A DNA stretch of 64,000 bases from Candidatus Omnitrophota bacterium. Lineage in GTDB: Bacteria; Omnitrophota; Gorgyraeia; Zapsychrales; Zapsychraceae. The translations under genes were made by a program, and so were the position numbers. The notes under the pieces are model-generated. The model did no database searches and had not been told where the DNA came from. It saw nothing but the letters and a program-made list of their open reading frames with translations. The stretch is from assembly GCA_015233115.1 (NCBI GenBank), contig JADFYJ010000004.1, positions 70,528 through 134,527 of the forward strand. The letters are read 5' to 3'. This document shows positions 1 to 9,239 of this stretch, in pieces. Position 1 is the stretch's first letter. Every line of letters starts with the position of its first letter.

Positions 1-133
1 AAGCCCGTCTTAGTTGCGATGTTATTCCGTATATTTCTTCTTTCGGAAAAGATTTTGTTTTTAAATAAATTTGATAAGCAAATTCATCTGCCTTTTTCCA
101 AACTAACAATTTTTTATACGCTTTTTCCATCAT
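1..133 (-). CDS. Four-helix-bundle protein (23S rRNA intervening-sequence protein family). The N-terminal 44 aa are in the window; the remainder of the gene lies beyond the window edge.
   Basis: The minus-strand translation from ATG at 133 gives MMEKAYKKLLVWKKADEFAYQIYLKTKSFPKEEIYGITSQLRRA. The L-x-VW-x-A, FPK-E-Y-G-x-TSQLRRA pattern is the hallmark of this family. The ORF runs off the window start. Confidence 0.5.
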   Translation of the reverse strand, partial: MMEKAYKKLLVWKKADEFAYQIYLKTKSFPKEEIYGITSQLRRA

Positions 134-134
134 T

Positions 135-172
135 GCCTTTGTGACCTTGTGACCTTGTGACTTTGTGACCGT
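135..172. repeat. Octamer tandem repeat GTGACCTT/GTGACTTT, 4 units, immediately downstream of the MEMO gene stop
   Basis: Direct reading gives gtgaccttgtgaccttgtgactttgtgacc. Confidence 0.8.
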
Positions 173-176
173 ACAT

Positions 177-1010
177 TTATTTAAAAACTGCCGCCATGTA
201 GCCTACAACTTTTGTTTTATCACCCGTAGCGTCGCCGGAGTCGGCGTATTTTAGGAAATCTATTTTATGGATGCCTTGATATTGCGCGTACAAGAGGCCG
301 ATGGTTACGGGCATGAAACCGCAGAGTTCTAATTTTCTGGTTACACAGCCGGTCCATAAATTTTTAACATCAAATTTTTTTACAGTTTCTATGGTGGCAT
401 GGTCCATGGCATTGGCTTCCGCGGCAGGATGATAATGGGACATGTCTGTGCTTAATACCAGTAAAATGTCGGTGCGGGTTTTTAATTTATCAGATAATAA
501 GTGAGCGAATTTATCCAAGACAGACAAGTCTGGCTGGCCGACCAATATGGGAATTATTTTCGCGTCAGGAAAAATTTTTTGAATAAACGGAAGCTCGACC
601 TCTACGGAATGTTCACGGTTAAAAGCCTCTGGAACAAAAGAAGATCCATTCTTTTCATCAATCAAATTTTTAGCCAATTCCAAGTCAACCGGAATAGTAC
701 CTAACGGGGTTTGATACCCGTCAAACAAACCGATGGATATGCCGTCAAAACCTAAATAATGGCTGGGCCCGATGACAATAACAGTTTTGTATTTTCCTAA
801 ACTGGCAGATTTGAAACTATACGCGGCGACCGGCGCGGAGTACATGTACCCGGCGTGAGGGGCAATGAGCATGCGGACAGGTTGAGGATCTGGCGCCACT
901 TGGGCCTGCTTCAAATAACCGTCAATTTCAGCAGAAAGTTCTTTAGGGTCAGCAGGATAAAATTGACCGGCAACGTTGGGGGATTTTATATTTTGATTAG
1001 CATTTACCAT
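177..1010 (-). CDS. MEMO1-family protein (AmmeMemoRadiSam system protein B-like)
   Basis: Translation contains GQFYPADPKEL, IAPHAGYMYSAPVAAYSF, VIVIGPSHY and MSHYH, the Memo signature motifs. I take the start at MVNANQ (ATG 1010..1008) with a GGAGAT RBS 4 nt upstream. The longer ORF to 1130 reads through a palindromic repeat and is unlikely to be real. Confidence 0.75.
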   Translation of the reverse strand: MVNANQNIKSPNVAGQFYPADPKELSAEIDGYLKQAQVAPDPQPVRMLIAPHAGYMYSAPVAAYSFKSASLGKYKTVIVIGPSHYLGFDGISIGLFDGYQTPLGTIPVDLELAKNLIDEKNGSSFVPEAFNREHSVEVELPFIQKIFPDAKIIPILVGQPDLSVLDKFAHLLSDKLKTRTDILLVLSTDMSHYHPAAEANAMDHATIETVKKFDVKNLWTGCVTRKLELCGFMPVTIGLLYAQYQGIHKIDFLKYADSGDATGDKTKVVGYMAAVFK

Positions 1011-1066
1011 GCCGATCTCCAAGGAATAAAATGATAAAAAAACAAGGCAGAAAAGAATAAAATGTC

Positions 1067-1212
1067 GTAGGGGCGATCTCCTGATCGCCCGTGTCAAAAT
1101 TGTCGTTTTGTTACAAAAAATTAAATACATAAATAAACCTAAGAGCGAATATCATTTAAAAACTATAAAAAAACGATACTTTTGTAACGGGCGATCAGGA
1201 GATCGCCCCTAC
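1067..1212. mobile_element. MITE-like unit bounded by inverted 25-nt palindromic repeats (gtaggggcgatctcctgatcgcccg / cgggcgatcaggagatcgcccctac) with an AT-rich core containing aaaaacgatacttttgt
   Basis: The terminal repeats are at 1067..1091 and 1188..1212 in inverted orientation. The unit at 10177..10283 has the same internal motif. Confidence 0.55.
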
Positions 1213-1279
1213 AACAACGACGATAAAATCAGCAAACAACAAATGGGTAACTCACCTAACACAACCTATCACCTATAGC

Positions 1280-2935
1280 CTATTGCCTGTTTAATTGCGG
1301 TCCGGCTTTCACTAATTCCTTAGCTTTCGGATGATCTAAAAAGTTTTCGAAATGGGCTATGAACATTTCGGCTAATTGTTTTGTGGTCGTGTCGTAATTC
1401 ACTTTATCTTCCCAGCAATTGCGAGGGTTTAAAACAGCGGAATCAATGCCGGCAATTTTTTTAGGGATGCGCAGGTTAAAGACCGGCATTACGTCAAATT
1501 CGCCGGAGTCGATCGCTTTATCCAAAGAACCGTCTAATACCGCGTCGATAATGGTACGGGTATCCTTAATCGAAATGCGATGACCCATGCCGTATTTTCC
1601 GCCGATCCAACCAGTATTGACTAAATAAGCCGAAGAACCATGCTTGAGCATTTTTTCATTCAGGATCTCAGCGTATTTAATCGGATGCAGTGATAAAAAC
1701 GCCTGGCCAAAACACGCGGAAAACGCGGACGTTGGCTCCATGATTCCTAACTCAGTCCCTGCCACTTTCGCGGTATATCCGCTTAAAAAGTGATACATGG
1801 CCTGTTCATTGGTCAATTTAGATACCGGAGGCATAATACCAAACGCGTCGCAGGTTAAAAATACGATCTTAGTCGGATGCCCGCCTTTGGATACCGGTTT
1901 TACAATATTGGCGATATGATCAATCGGATAAGACGCGCGAGTGTTTTCGGTTTTTTTATCAGACGCGAAATCAAAATTTCCGTCCTTATCTACGACAACA
2001 TTTTCCAATAAGGCGTTGCGGCGTATCGCATGATAAATATCCGGCTCTTTTTCTTCAGACAAGTTAATGCATTTAGCGTAACAGCCGCCTTCAAAATTAA
2101 ATACCCCTTCATCGTCCCAGCCATGCTCGTCATCGCCGATCAGCAAACGTTTTGGATCTGCCGACAAGGTCGTCTTCCCTGTTCCGGAAAGCCCAAAGAA
2201 TAACGCGGTATCCCCATTTTTTCCCATATTCGCGGAACAATGGAATGAGCCGATTCCTTTGAGCGGCAGAAAATAATTCATCATGGAGAAAATGCCTTTT
2301 TTGATTTCTCCGCCATACCAGGTGCCGCCGATCACAGTGGTGCGTTCTTTAATATTAAACGCGATAAAAACCGGCGAGCGCATATGATGTTTTTCATAAT
2401 CCGGACAATTGATCTTGCAGGCATTCATGACTGTCCAATCCGGTTTAAAATCTTTAAGTTCCGCTTCCGTCGGACGAATAAACATGTTTTTAAAAAAATG
2501 CGCCATCCAGGCCACTTCGGTAATCAACCGCACGCCTAAACGGGTACTGGGATTAGTCCCGCAAAAACCATCAATAACATATAAACGTTTGCCGCTTAAT
2601 TGACGGGTGGACAACCCTTTCACATGTTCCCAATTTTCCAAAGACATTCTTTTATTATCGGAGTTATTCGAAATAGGCAATGCCGCTCCTGATCCCCACC
2701 AAACAAAATCGCGGGAAGTTTCTTCTTCGACTATATATTTATCTTTAGGGGAACGGCCAGTAAATTTTCCGGTATCGACGAGAACAGCGCCGCTTTTAGA
2801 GATGACTGCTTTTTCCGCGCCTTCTAATTTAGGATCAGTTTCATGTTTATAAAGTTCTTCATAAGAAAGATTATGAAAGATTTCTTTGGCTCCGTGAATA
2901 CCTAAATTTTCTAAAGCAGCGTTAATATTGTCCAT
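1280..2935 (-). CDS. pckA: Phosphoenolpyruvate carboxykinase (ATP)
   Basis: 551 aa with [12 protein letters not shown]-loop kinase motif and overall ATP-PEPCK motif layout (e.g. [10 protein letters not shown]). The ORF is intact. Confidence 0.93.
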   Translation of the reverse strand: MDNINAALENLGIHGAKEIFHNLSYEELYKHETDPKLEGAEKAVISKSGAVLVDTGKFTGRSPKDKYIVEEETSRDFVWWGSGAALPISNNSDNKRMSLENWEHVKGLSTRQLSGKRLYVIDGFCGTNPSTRLGVRLITEVAWMAHFFKNMFIRPTEAELKDFKPDWTVMNACKINCPDYEKHHMRSPVFIAFNIKERTTVIGGTWYGGEIKKGIFSMMNYFLPLKGIGSFHCSANMGKNGDTALFFGLSGTGKTTLSADPKRLLIGDDEHGWDDEGVFNFEGGCYAKCINLSEEKEPDIYHAIRRNALLENVVVDKDGNFDFASDKKTENTRASYPIDHIANIVKPVSKGGHPTKIVFLTCDAFGIMPPVSKLTNEQAMYHFLSGYTAKVAGTELGIMEPTSAFSACFGQAFLSLHPIKYAEILNEKMLKHGSSAYLVNTGWIGGKYGMGHRISIKDTRTIIDAVLDGSLDKAIDSGEFDVMPVFNLRIPKKIAGIDSAVLNPRNCWEDKVNYDTTTKQLAEMFIAHFENFLDHPKAKELVKAGPQLNRQ

Positions 2936-2947
2936 TTGTCCTCCGAT

Positions 2948-3523
2948 TTATATTTCTACTTTGGGAATATTTCCTAAAACTAGATCGATCATGATGCGTT
3001 TTTCGCCTTCGATCTCGAAGCTCATTTCACATTTTTCCGTCTGATCGACCGGATATAAGACCCCTTCAAAAATCTCATTCTTAAAACTCATAAAATGAGA
3101 CATTTCCATATTCATATATCCCAATTGGCAAAGTCCAGACTTAAAATTTCCAGCGATTAGATTGCATAAAGTCCCGCACGCGTCCAGTAATTCATTTTCA
3201 TCGGTTTCGTCAACAGGGTAACCCAATTTATGCAATAACTTCGAAAGATATTCAACTTCAACATATAAAACCATGGTACCAACAGGAATATCTTTATTGG
3301 CCTGTTCTTTACTCACATAAAAATTAATCACAGAGATAAACGTGGTCGTATTAAATTTCTCAAAACTGGTAATCCTCATCCGGCGCATGAATTCGACAAT
3401 CGGGCGGTTCTGTACTATTGGGGCAGTAGATAAATGTATTCCGGCCCGGCGCTCCAGAATCCGTTTCAAGATTTCTGACGCCACTTTCGCCTGAATTGAG
3501 AGTTCGGTTATTTGATTAGACAA
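2948..3523 (-). CDS. CheC/CheX-family chemotaxis phosphatase-like protein
   Basis: 191 aa with the motif DACGTLCNLIAGNF, resembling the CheC/CheX/FliY consensus (D/E-x3-E-x2-N-x3-G). It is followed immediately by a CheY-like receiver gene. Confidence 0.5.
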   Translation of the reverse strand: MSNQITELSIQAKVASEILKRILERRAGIHLSTAPIVQNRPIVEFMRRMRITSFEKFNTTTFISVINFYVSKEQANKDIPVGTMVLYVEVEYLSKLLHKLGYPVDETDENELLDACGTLCNLIAGNFKSGLCQLGYMNMEMSHFMSFKNEIFEGVLYPVDQTEKCEMSFEIEGEKRIMIDLVLGNIPKVEI

Positions 3524-3527
3524 TAAT

Positions 3528-3911
3528 TTAAACCTGTTTGACGTACGGCAATATTATGGCTATCAGATTGTCGGGCTTAAAAGGTTTGACTACGTACGCG
3601 ACTAATTTGGGGTTAACCATTTTAGCTTGTTTCTGACTCTCTTCGGAACTCGAAGCAGATACCATAACAATCGGGATGTCAGCAATCAGAGGAACTTTTT
3701 GCACAGATTTCATAAACTCAATCCCATCAATAATCGGCATCTGCCAATCCAACAGGATCAAACAGATCTCTGTGGCGTATTGATTGAGGAGTTTGAAACC
3801 CTCTTGACCGTCTGGGGCCTGAATTATTTCACAGGTAATGCCTGCTTTTTCGATCGTCCGAGTCAAAAGCCTGCGGTCCATCATTGAATCATCTATGATC
3901 AAAATTTTCAT
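3528..3911 (-). CDS. Response regulator, single receiver (CheY-like) domain
   Basis: 127 aa. MKILIIDDS, LLDWQMP and a conserved Lys region (VVKPF) give the classic receiver fold positions D-D-K. Confidence 0.85.
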   Translation of the reverse strand: MKILIIDDSMMDRRLLTRTIEKAGITCEIIQAPDGQEGFKLLNQYATEICLILLDWQMPIIDGIEFMKSVQKVPLIADIPIVMVSASSSEESQKQAKMVNPKLVAYVVKPFKPDNLIAIILPYVKQV

Positions 3912-3912
3912 A

Positions 3913-4626
3913 TTATTTTTTTGCAGTAACGATCAAACCTTTATATGCTTTTGGTAAAGTTGTCAAAGCTTCTTCAGCATTTTTTTTGCTGTCAAAATGG
4001 CCGACATAGATGCGATACCATGTGCCTTTATCTCCCAAATCTTTCGCAATAACATATGGCTCAAAATTCTTTTTCTTTAAATCTGCCACTACAGAATCAG
4101 CGCGGGATTGGTCTTTAAACGATGCGACCTGTATTGAAAAAGCCGAACCAATAGTCGATTTTAAAGAAGTAGATTTTTTCGATAATTTCGCCTTCGCAGA
4201 TTTTATAACTTTGGTTTCTTTCACAGCAGGCGCCATCACTTCAGTGGATGGTTCTACTGGAACCGTGGTGGATAAAGGAGCAACTGTGGTAGCTGATCCG
4301 GTTGTTGTCCCGGTTGCTGACGCGACAGGCGCGACGGCTTGATTTCCGGTTTTTGATGTTCCAGGAGGCAGCGCTTTTTCTTGTTCACCATTTTCGTAAT
4401 ATTGATATTGAACATCCGTCGGATTGGTTTGCTGTTGAGCCATAACTTCTTCAATTTTTGCTTTACGCGCATGCTCTTGATGTTTACTATAACCAAATAT
4501 AACCGCAAAAATAACGATGAGAAATAACAAAAACATCCAAACTTTATTATTCTTACCTGAATTTTTTTCTGACACAAACAATCCACCTTCTGATGATCCT
4601 TTAAACATCCCTTTGCCCTCAGCCAT
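3913..4626 (-). CDS. SPOR-domain membrane protein (septal peptidoglycan binding)
   Basis: One N-terminal TM helix, a low-complexity S/T/P linker, and a C-terminal segment SIQVASFKDQSRADSVVADLKKKNFEPYVIAKDLGDKGTWYRIYVGHF typical of SPOR domains. Confidence 0.7.
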   Translation of the reverse strand: MAEGKGMFKGSSEGGLFVSEKNSGKNNKVWMFLLFLIVIFAVIFGYSKHQEHARKAKIEEVMAQQQTNPTDVQYQYYENGEQEKALPPGTSKTGNQAVAPVASATGTTTGSATTVAPLSTTVPVEPSTEVMAPAVKETKVIKSAKAKLSKKSTSLKSTIGSAFSIQVASFKDQSRADSVVADLKKKNFEPYVIAKDLGDKGTWYRIYVGHFDSKKNAEEALTTLPKAYKGLIVTAKK

Positions 4627-4729
4627 TTTCTCATCTCCTTATAATTTATAAATTAAAATGATAATTTTATTTTATCTGAATTAAGTTCTTTAGCAATAAA
4701 AACAACTTAAAAAAAGAATATTTTTATTA

Positions 4730-4813
4730 CGGGCGATCAGGTGATCGCCCCTACGACGGCGAAAATCAAATCGAGAATAATGCTTTTTGTAGGGGCGATC
4801 ACCTGATCGCCCG
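4730..4813. repeat. Pair of 25-nt palindromic repeats in tail-to-tail arrangement (cgggcgatcaggtgatcgcccctac ... gtaggggcgatcacctgatcgcccg) separated by about 34 nt
   Basis: Direct reading shows this. The spacer variant (GGTG/CACC instead of GGAG/CTCC) keeps symmetry between the two copies. Confidence 0.75.
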
Positions 4814-4841
4814 CTTCAAAATTAATATTTTTCAATAAAAT

Positions 4842-5498
4842 TTAATTCACTTCGTCTTCTAATAATTCTAACAAATTTTTAGCTTCTTCGACAATATCCG
4901 GTGAAACTATTTTTAAAGTTTCCATATCTTTTTTGAACGAACGCAACGAATTAATCATTTTACGGACAGCGACGACATGACGCTGATTACGATCTTCTTC
5001 CGGGTCAACCTTTTTCCGCTCTTTCATCATGGCTGTTAAATCTTTTCGGACTTCAGCGGCTTCCTTGCCTTTTTCAAAAACCGACTTACGCAATTGCTCA
5101 TAATCGTTTTTCGTTAATTCTTTCTTGCCTTTAGCGGTCCGCAAAACATTAATCTCTTCATAACCCGGAATATTATTAGCTTCCCGGTCTTCAAAAAAAG
5201 AGTCAGCCAAATATTGAGGTTCATCATTCTCGATAAACATATACGATTTGACTAATTTTAAAGCCAAAGATTTATTAAAACCTAATTCTTTCTCGACGTA
5301 CTCCTCAAATTTATTGTGTCCCCAGCCCACATACATTTTGTCTTCCCAAATCGAGAATAAATGACGCGCAAAATTAAGCCAAGAGGTCTTAAAATTTTTC
5401 GCAAAATCCAAGGTCTGTTGACGGATTTCATCACCGAGCATATCCGTGTGACTAGCCAAAGATTTTTTTTTACTGATGGATAAATCAACAACAGGCAT
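4842..5498 (-). CDS. Hypothetical protein
   Basis: The ORF is 245 aa. I take the probable start at MPVVDLS, which avoids the octamer repeat at 5518..5560. There are no motifs I recognise. It is charged and helical-looking. Confidence 0.5.
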   Translation of the reverse strand: MPVVDLSISKKKSLASHTDMLGDEIRQQTLDFAKNFKTSWLNFARHLFSIWEDKMYVGWGHNKFEEYVEKELGFNKSLALKLVKSYMFIENDEPQYLADSFFEDREANNIPGYEEINVLRTAKGKKELTKNDYEQLRKSVFEKGKEAAEVRKDLTAMMKERKKVDPEEDRNQRHVVAVRKMINSLRSFKKDMETLKIVSPDIVEEAKNLLELLEDEVN

Positions 5499-5517
5499 AC
5501 GATCCTTTCTATAAAAA

Positions 5518-5560
5518 CGTAACAATGTGACATTGTGACAGTGTGACAGTGTGACAATGA
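5518..5560. repeat. GTGACAGT-family octamer tandem repeat
   Basis: Direct reading gives gtaacaatgtgacattgtgacagtgtgacagtgtgacaatg. Confidence 0.8.
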
Positions 5561-5586
5561 AAAAACAAAAAAGCGTCAATTTTGGC

Positions 5587-5643
5587 GCGGGCGATCCTGC
5601 CTTCGTTAAAACTACGGCAAGGCAAGCAGGAGATCGCCCCTAC
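5587..5643. repeat. Palindromic repeat interrupted by a 30-nt insert that itself forms a hairpin (GCCTT...AAGGC)
   Basis: Direct reading gives cgggcgatc[ctgccttcgttaaaactacggcaaggcaagc]aggagatcgcccctac. Confidence 0.7.
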
Positions 5644-6578
5644 AGCATTTTTACATATACTTTTGGTAATATTTTTTTAGCAACCGCCATTTGTATTCCG
5701 CCGGGAATTTGAACTTGCATATTGGCCATACCAAAGGCTACTCCAAAACGTAAGCTTTCTATAAATGAATTTCCCGAAATATGATTACCAATAAAACCAG
5801 CCACACAACTATCGCCACAGCCTACATCATTGACAAGTTTAAAATTAACACGAGCAGCTGCCTCGAAAAAATTCTCACCATCAAAAGCCACAACACCTTC
5901 TGGACCGCGGGAAATGATAACCCGCCTCGCTCCCATTTGATAAAATTCTTTTAATGCTTTTTTAATCCGATTTATTGAGGAAAGCTTATAACCCAAAACT
6001 TCTTCTGCTTCACTTTGATTGGGCTTAATAAAATCCGGACCAGCTTTTAATCCCTCAATCAAAGGTTGACCACTGGTGTCCAAAAAACAACAACATTGAT
6101 TTTGATGTGCTAAACGAATCAGCTCTCCATATGCAGAATGTGTAAGACCATTGGCATTCCGGCCAGACAAAACCACGCAAGTTTGAGCACCCAATAAAAT
6201 TTTATATTTTTTTAAAAAAGCCTTCCACTCTGAAAATAAAACCAACGGACCAGGTTCTAAAACTCTAGTCCGTTGTCCATTATTATCAATAAAAGTATAA
6301 TTACTTCTCGTTTGACCGTGGATAAGATAAAACTCATTAGGAATTTTCTCAACTTCCAATAACTGCTTCAAGTGTTCACCGGAATTCCCTCCAGCGAAAC
6401 CAATTGCCCTCACACTTAAAAGAACAAATTGCCTCAATGCCCGGCTGACATTCACACCTTTTCCGCCGGCAACGATACTGACTTCTCCGGCCAGAGATTC
6501 ATATCCAGGGCGCAGGTGATCGACAGATATAAACTTATCTAACGCCGGGTTTAATGTGACAGTTACGATATTCGACAC
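5640..6578 (-). CDS. PfkB-family sugar kinase, 1-phosphofructokinase/tagatose-6-P kinase-like
   Basis: 312 aa. N-terminal VTLNPALD and GGKGVNV, plus C-terminal DVGCGDSCVAGF (the PfkB anion-hole/ATP motif). Confidence 0.8.
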   Translation of the reverse strand: MSNIVTVTLNPALDKFISVDHLRPGYESLAGEVSIVAGGKGVNVSRALRQFVLLSVRAIGFAGGNSGEHLKQLLEVEKIPNEFYLIHGQTRSNYTFIDNNGQRTRVLEPGPLVLFSEWKAFLKKYKILLGAQTCVVLSGRNANGLTHSAYGELIRLAHQNQCCCFLDTSGQPLIEGLKAGPDFIKPNQSEAEEVLGYKLSSINRIKKALKEFYQMGARRVIISRGPEGVVAFDGENFFEAAARVNFKLVNDVGCGDSCVAGFIGNHISGNSFIESLRFGVAFGMANMQVQIPGGIQMAVAKKILPKVYVKML

Positions 6579-6590
6579 GAATTAAAATGT

Positions 6591-6670
6591 TGTTGGTTGA
6601 TGGTTTTTAGTTGTTGGTTGTTAAAAATTATTCATTTTTTCCAAAAACCACAAACCACAAACCAAAAACC
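6591..6670. repeat. Inverted pair of low-complexity repeat blocks (GTTGGTTG... / ...CCACAAACCACAAACC) bracketing an AT-rich spacer
   Basis: Direct reading shows this. The right arm is the reverse complement of the left arm's GGTTTGTGG units. Confidence 0.7.
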
Positions 6671-6686
6671 ATTATTTATATTTTCT

Positions 6687-7211
6687 TTACTCTGCTTTTT
6701 CAGATTTTTTCTTTAAGAAAGTTTTCATTTCGATCCAAGTTTTTTTACCGATCACGCCATCTGCGGTCAAGCCATAATCTTTTTGAAAACTTTTAATAGC
6801 TTTTCTGGTGCTTTTACCAAGTTTACCATCAATTGCGCCATCATAATACCCGGCCGCTTTTAACGCGCGCTGGACATCTTTCGGATCAGCGTCAACATGA
6901 AGAACATCTTTCTGATCGCCTTCGGATGATTTTGATTTTGAACTTTCTTTATCTTTGATCACCGGTTCTTCAACTGGCCGGCTAGCTTCACTGTTCGAAC
7001 CATTTTGACGAGTTAAATCTTCGACCTGATATTTTAAACTGTCTATGGTCTGGGTCTGTTCTTCTAAACTGCGTTCCAAATGAGCAACCTTAATTTCTAA
7101 ATTATTCACCGTTGTTGGCGCTTTTGTTCCCGCGCATCCGCCTAATGCCAAAAGCATCAGCGAAAACGAAAATAGGTTTAACGGCCCGAATTTGTTCTCT
7201 GCTCTTTTCAT
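6687..7211 (-). CDS. Lipoprotein with C-terminal peptidoglycan-binding (PG_binding_1-like) domain
   Basis: Signal peptide with lipobox LALGGCAG. The C-terminal segment LKAAGYYDGAIDGKLGKSTRKAIKSFQKDYGLTADGVIGKKTW matches the PG-binding repeat. Confidence 0.7.
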   Translation of the reverse strand: MKRAENKFGPLNLFSFSLMLLALGGCAGTKAPTTVNNLEIKVAHLERSLEEQTQTIDSLKYQVEDLTRQNGSNSEASRPVEEPVIKDKESSKSKSSEGDQKDVLHVDADPKDVQRALKAAGYYDGAIDGKLGKSTRKAIKSFQKDYGLTADGVIGKKTWIEMKTFLKKKSEKAE

Positions 7212-7873
7212 CGACTTTCCCCCTCTTCAATTACGTTTATTTTCATTAGGTTATTTATAAATTGTCCGTTTTTTTCCGGATATTTTAACGCGAATATTTT
7301 AGCGCTTTCTAAATAATCATCAACTACATCAATTGTATAATCAAAACCCGGTTTAATCACAGGGATTCCGCCCAATTTCAATTTTTCTTTTGTACCTACC
7401 ATATGGAGCGTTCCCACATAGTTGACTTTTGACGGATCAACTTTAAATACCACATTCGTATTTTCTTCCGCCATGGCCGCGCCCACCGGAATAGCAACTT
7501 TTATTATTCTATACGCTCCAGCCGGTAGTTCAATAAAAAAATAGCCGGGTTCTACGGTTTCTGAATTCCAGCCCAAAGGATTCTGCTTGGACTTATCTCC
7601 GACGATTAAAACATGCACTTCTGACGGGTTGCTCCTATTAATGAAAACCAGGCGCACATAAGTGGTTTTTAATATGCCTTCAAAATCCGTTTTCCCGAAT
7701 ACAAAACCTTTCAATAAAAGTTTTGGCGCATAGCTAGTATGAGCAACAGAAATACCGCTCGCAGAAGCAAGCGGACTTCGTGACACAGTTGAAACAGGTG
7801 TTTTAGCTTTCGGAACGACAGAACATCCGCTTAAGCCAAACGCCAACCCTAAAATAATAATTAACAACTTCAT
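7208..7873 (-). CDS. Hypothetical lipoprotein
   Basis: Signal peptide with lipobox (LSGCSV). No recognisable catalytic motif. It overlaps the downstream gene by 4 nt (operon). Confidence 0.6.
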   Translation of the reverse strand: MKLLIIILGLAFGLSGCSVVPKAKTPVSTVSRSPLASASGISVAHTSYAPKLLLKGFVFGKTDFEGILKTTYVRLVFINRSNPSEVHVLIVGDKSKQNPLGWNSETVEPGYFFIELPAGAYRIIKVAIPVGAAMAEENTNVVFKVDPSKVNYVGTLHMVGTKEKLKLGGIPVIKPGFDYTIDVVDDYLESAKIFALKYPEKNGQFINNLMKINVIEEGESR

Positions 7874-7982
7874 AATGATAATATTTCCTACCCATTGGTT
7901 GTGTAGTTTAGCAAACTTTGTGGGTGTATGGCAAGAGAATTGAAATAAATTTTAAAAGTGATATGCTCATAATAATAATAAC

Positions 7983-8020
7983 AAAAAAAACGGAAGGGAG
8001 AAAAGGCCTTCCGCTCTTTC
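7983..8020 (-). terminator. Rho-independent terminator for the 8040..8393 gene
   Basis: On the minus strand: 7-bp stem CGGAAGG/CCTTCCG, 9-nt loop, followed by T8 (plus strand shows A8 before the hairpin). Confidence 0.6.
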
Positions 8021-8039
8021 AGTCTGCAAACAGCACAGA

Positions 8040-8393
8040 CTATTTAGTCAAAACTACTGACTTTTTGGGGGAGAAATATTTTGCTTTCCAATAAATACCT
8101 ATTTTCAAGGTATGACAGAACCGCACTTCAATTAACATCCGATTGTGGGTCAAATAAAAGAGTCCCTTCACCTTAAAACGGAAACTCTCTACCATCCGTT
8201 CATTATCCACACATTTTTTAATGAAAATTTCGGGAGCATTTAATTCAGAAGCCTGCTCAACATGACGAGCCAAATAAATGAAACTTTTGCGGATTTTTGT
8301 TACTGACCGTTTGTCTTCGCTTTCCTGACAAACAGAAAAGTTTTTTAAGCTCTTATCCTGATTTATCGATCTTCTGAATTTTAACTCTTTCAT
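8040..8393 (-). CDS. Hypothetical protein in an AT-rich island (orphan)
   Basis: The ORF is 126 aa. I take the start at MKELKF. No recognisable motifs. It is flanked by a 167-bp non-coding gap downstream and about 180 bp upstream, and is followed by a clean terminator. Confidence 0.35.
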   Translation of the reverse strand: MKELKFRRSINQDKSLKNFSVCQESEDKRSVTKIRKSFIYLARHVEQASELNAPEIFIKKCVDNERMVESFRFKVKGLFYLTHNRMLIEVRFCHTLKIGIYWKAKYFSPKKSVVLTK

Positions 8394-8580
8394 GTGAACC
8401 CCCTTGTCATCCTCGATCAAAGTATAACATTCACTATGAAGACGACAAGGTGGATAAAGGGTCCTTCGAGAAACCGTTTTCTTGGAAAGTCAGCGACGGG
8501 ATTACTTTAATATGGGTGAAAGATGGGTAATATTTATTTTAATTGGTATCTTTTAATATATTTTTAATTGTTAATAAAAA

Positions 8581-8620
8581 CGCCTATTGCCTATTGCCTA
8601 TTGCCTATCGCCTATTGGCC
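8581..8620. repeat. Heptamer tandem repeat CCTATTG x5
   Basis: Direct reading shows this. It overlaps the 3' end of the plsY ORF. The same family occurs at 1261..1290 and 23148..23200. Confidence 0.8.
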
Positions 8621-9239
8621 TCTTTTTATAAAAACCAATCGGCACGCGGGGTTCTTTCCCTTGTATTAGACGTTGGATATTTGGCTTATGCCGGATAATC
8701 ACAAAAGCCCCAAATACCACAGACATGCCGATTAACAAGGGGTGCTGATGGGTTAAAACGATGGCTAAAGGAAAAGCCAAACCAGCTAAAATCGAAGATA
8801 ATGAAACAAAACTGGTTAAAATGAAGCAAATCAGCCAGGTTTCTACTGTAATCATTAAAGCCAGCCTGATCCCTACTAATTTTACAGCTAAAGCGATCAG
8901 CACGCCTAAACTGGTGGCAATACCTTTGCCGCCTTTAAATTTCAAAAATATCGTCCAATTATGCCCACAAACCGCGGCTAAACTCAATGCGATCAATTGC
9001 CAAACATCATTACAGGAAAACACTGAAGACAATAAAATAACCGCAATCACACCTTTTAAAATATCCAAAATCAAAACAATGCTTCCCGGCACTTTTCCTA
9101 ACACGCGGAACACATTGGTCGCGCCCACATTCCCTGAACCATGCTGGCGAATATCAATCCCTTTATAAAATTTACCAAAAATATAAGCAGTCGGAATGGA
9201 TCCGATTAAATAACTTAAAAATATGGCTGCAAAAATCAT
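8598..9239 (-). CDS. plsY: Glycerol-3-phosphate acyltransferase PlsY
   Basis: The N-terminus MIFAAIFLSYLIGSIPTAYIFGK...GSGNVGATNVFRVLG is the PlsY signature. The last ~10 codons are encoded by the CCTATTG repeat. Confidence 0.85.
   Translation of the reverse strand: MIFAAIFLSYLIGSIPTAYIFGKFYKGIDIRQHGSGNVGATNVFRVLGKVPGSIVLILDILKGVIAVILLSSVFSCNDVWQLIALSLAAVCGHNWTIFLKFKGGKGIATSLGVLIALAVKLVGIRLALMITVETWLICFILTSFVSLSSILAGLAFPLAIVLTHQHPLLIGMSVVFGAFVIIRHKPNIQRLIQGKEPRVPIGFYKKRPIGDRQ

Noticed and set aside
4254-4634. 126-aa minus-strand ORF overlapping the SPOR gene in another frame
   Set aside because: It is an alternative-frame overlap with an intact, motif-supported SPOR protein ORF. It has a lysine-rich low-complexity translation.
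5282-5557. 91-aa minus-strand ORF overlapping the hypothetical gene 4842..5498 in another frame
   Set aside because: It is an out-of-frame overlap that starts inside the GTGACAGT repeat. The M-S-H-C-H-T-V-T repeats are a translation of the octamer repeat.
8761-9168. 135-aa plus-strand ORF
   Set aside because: It is antisense to plsY and is a hydrophobic shadow translation.
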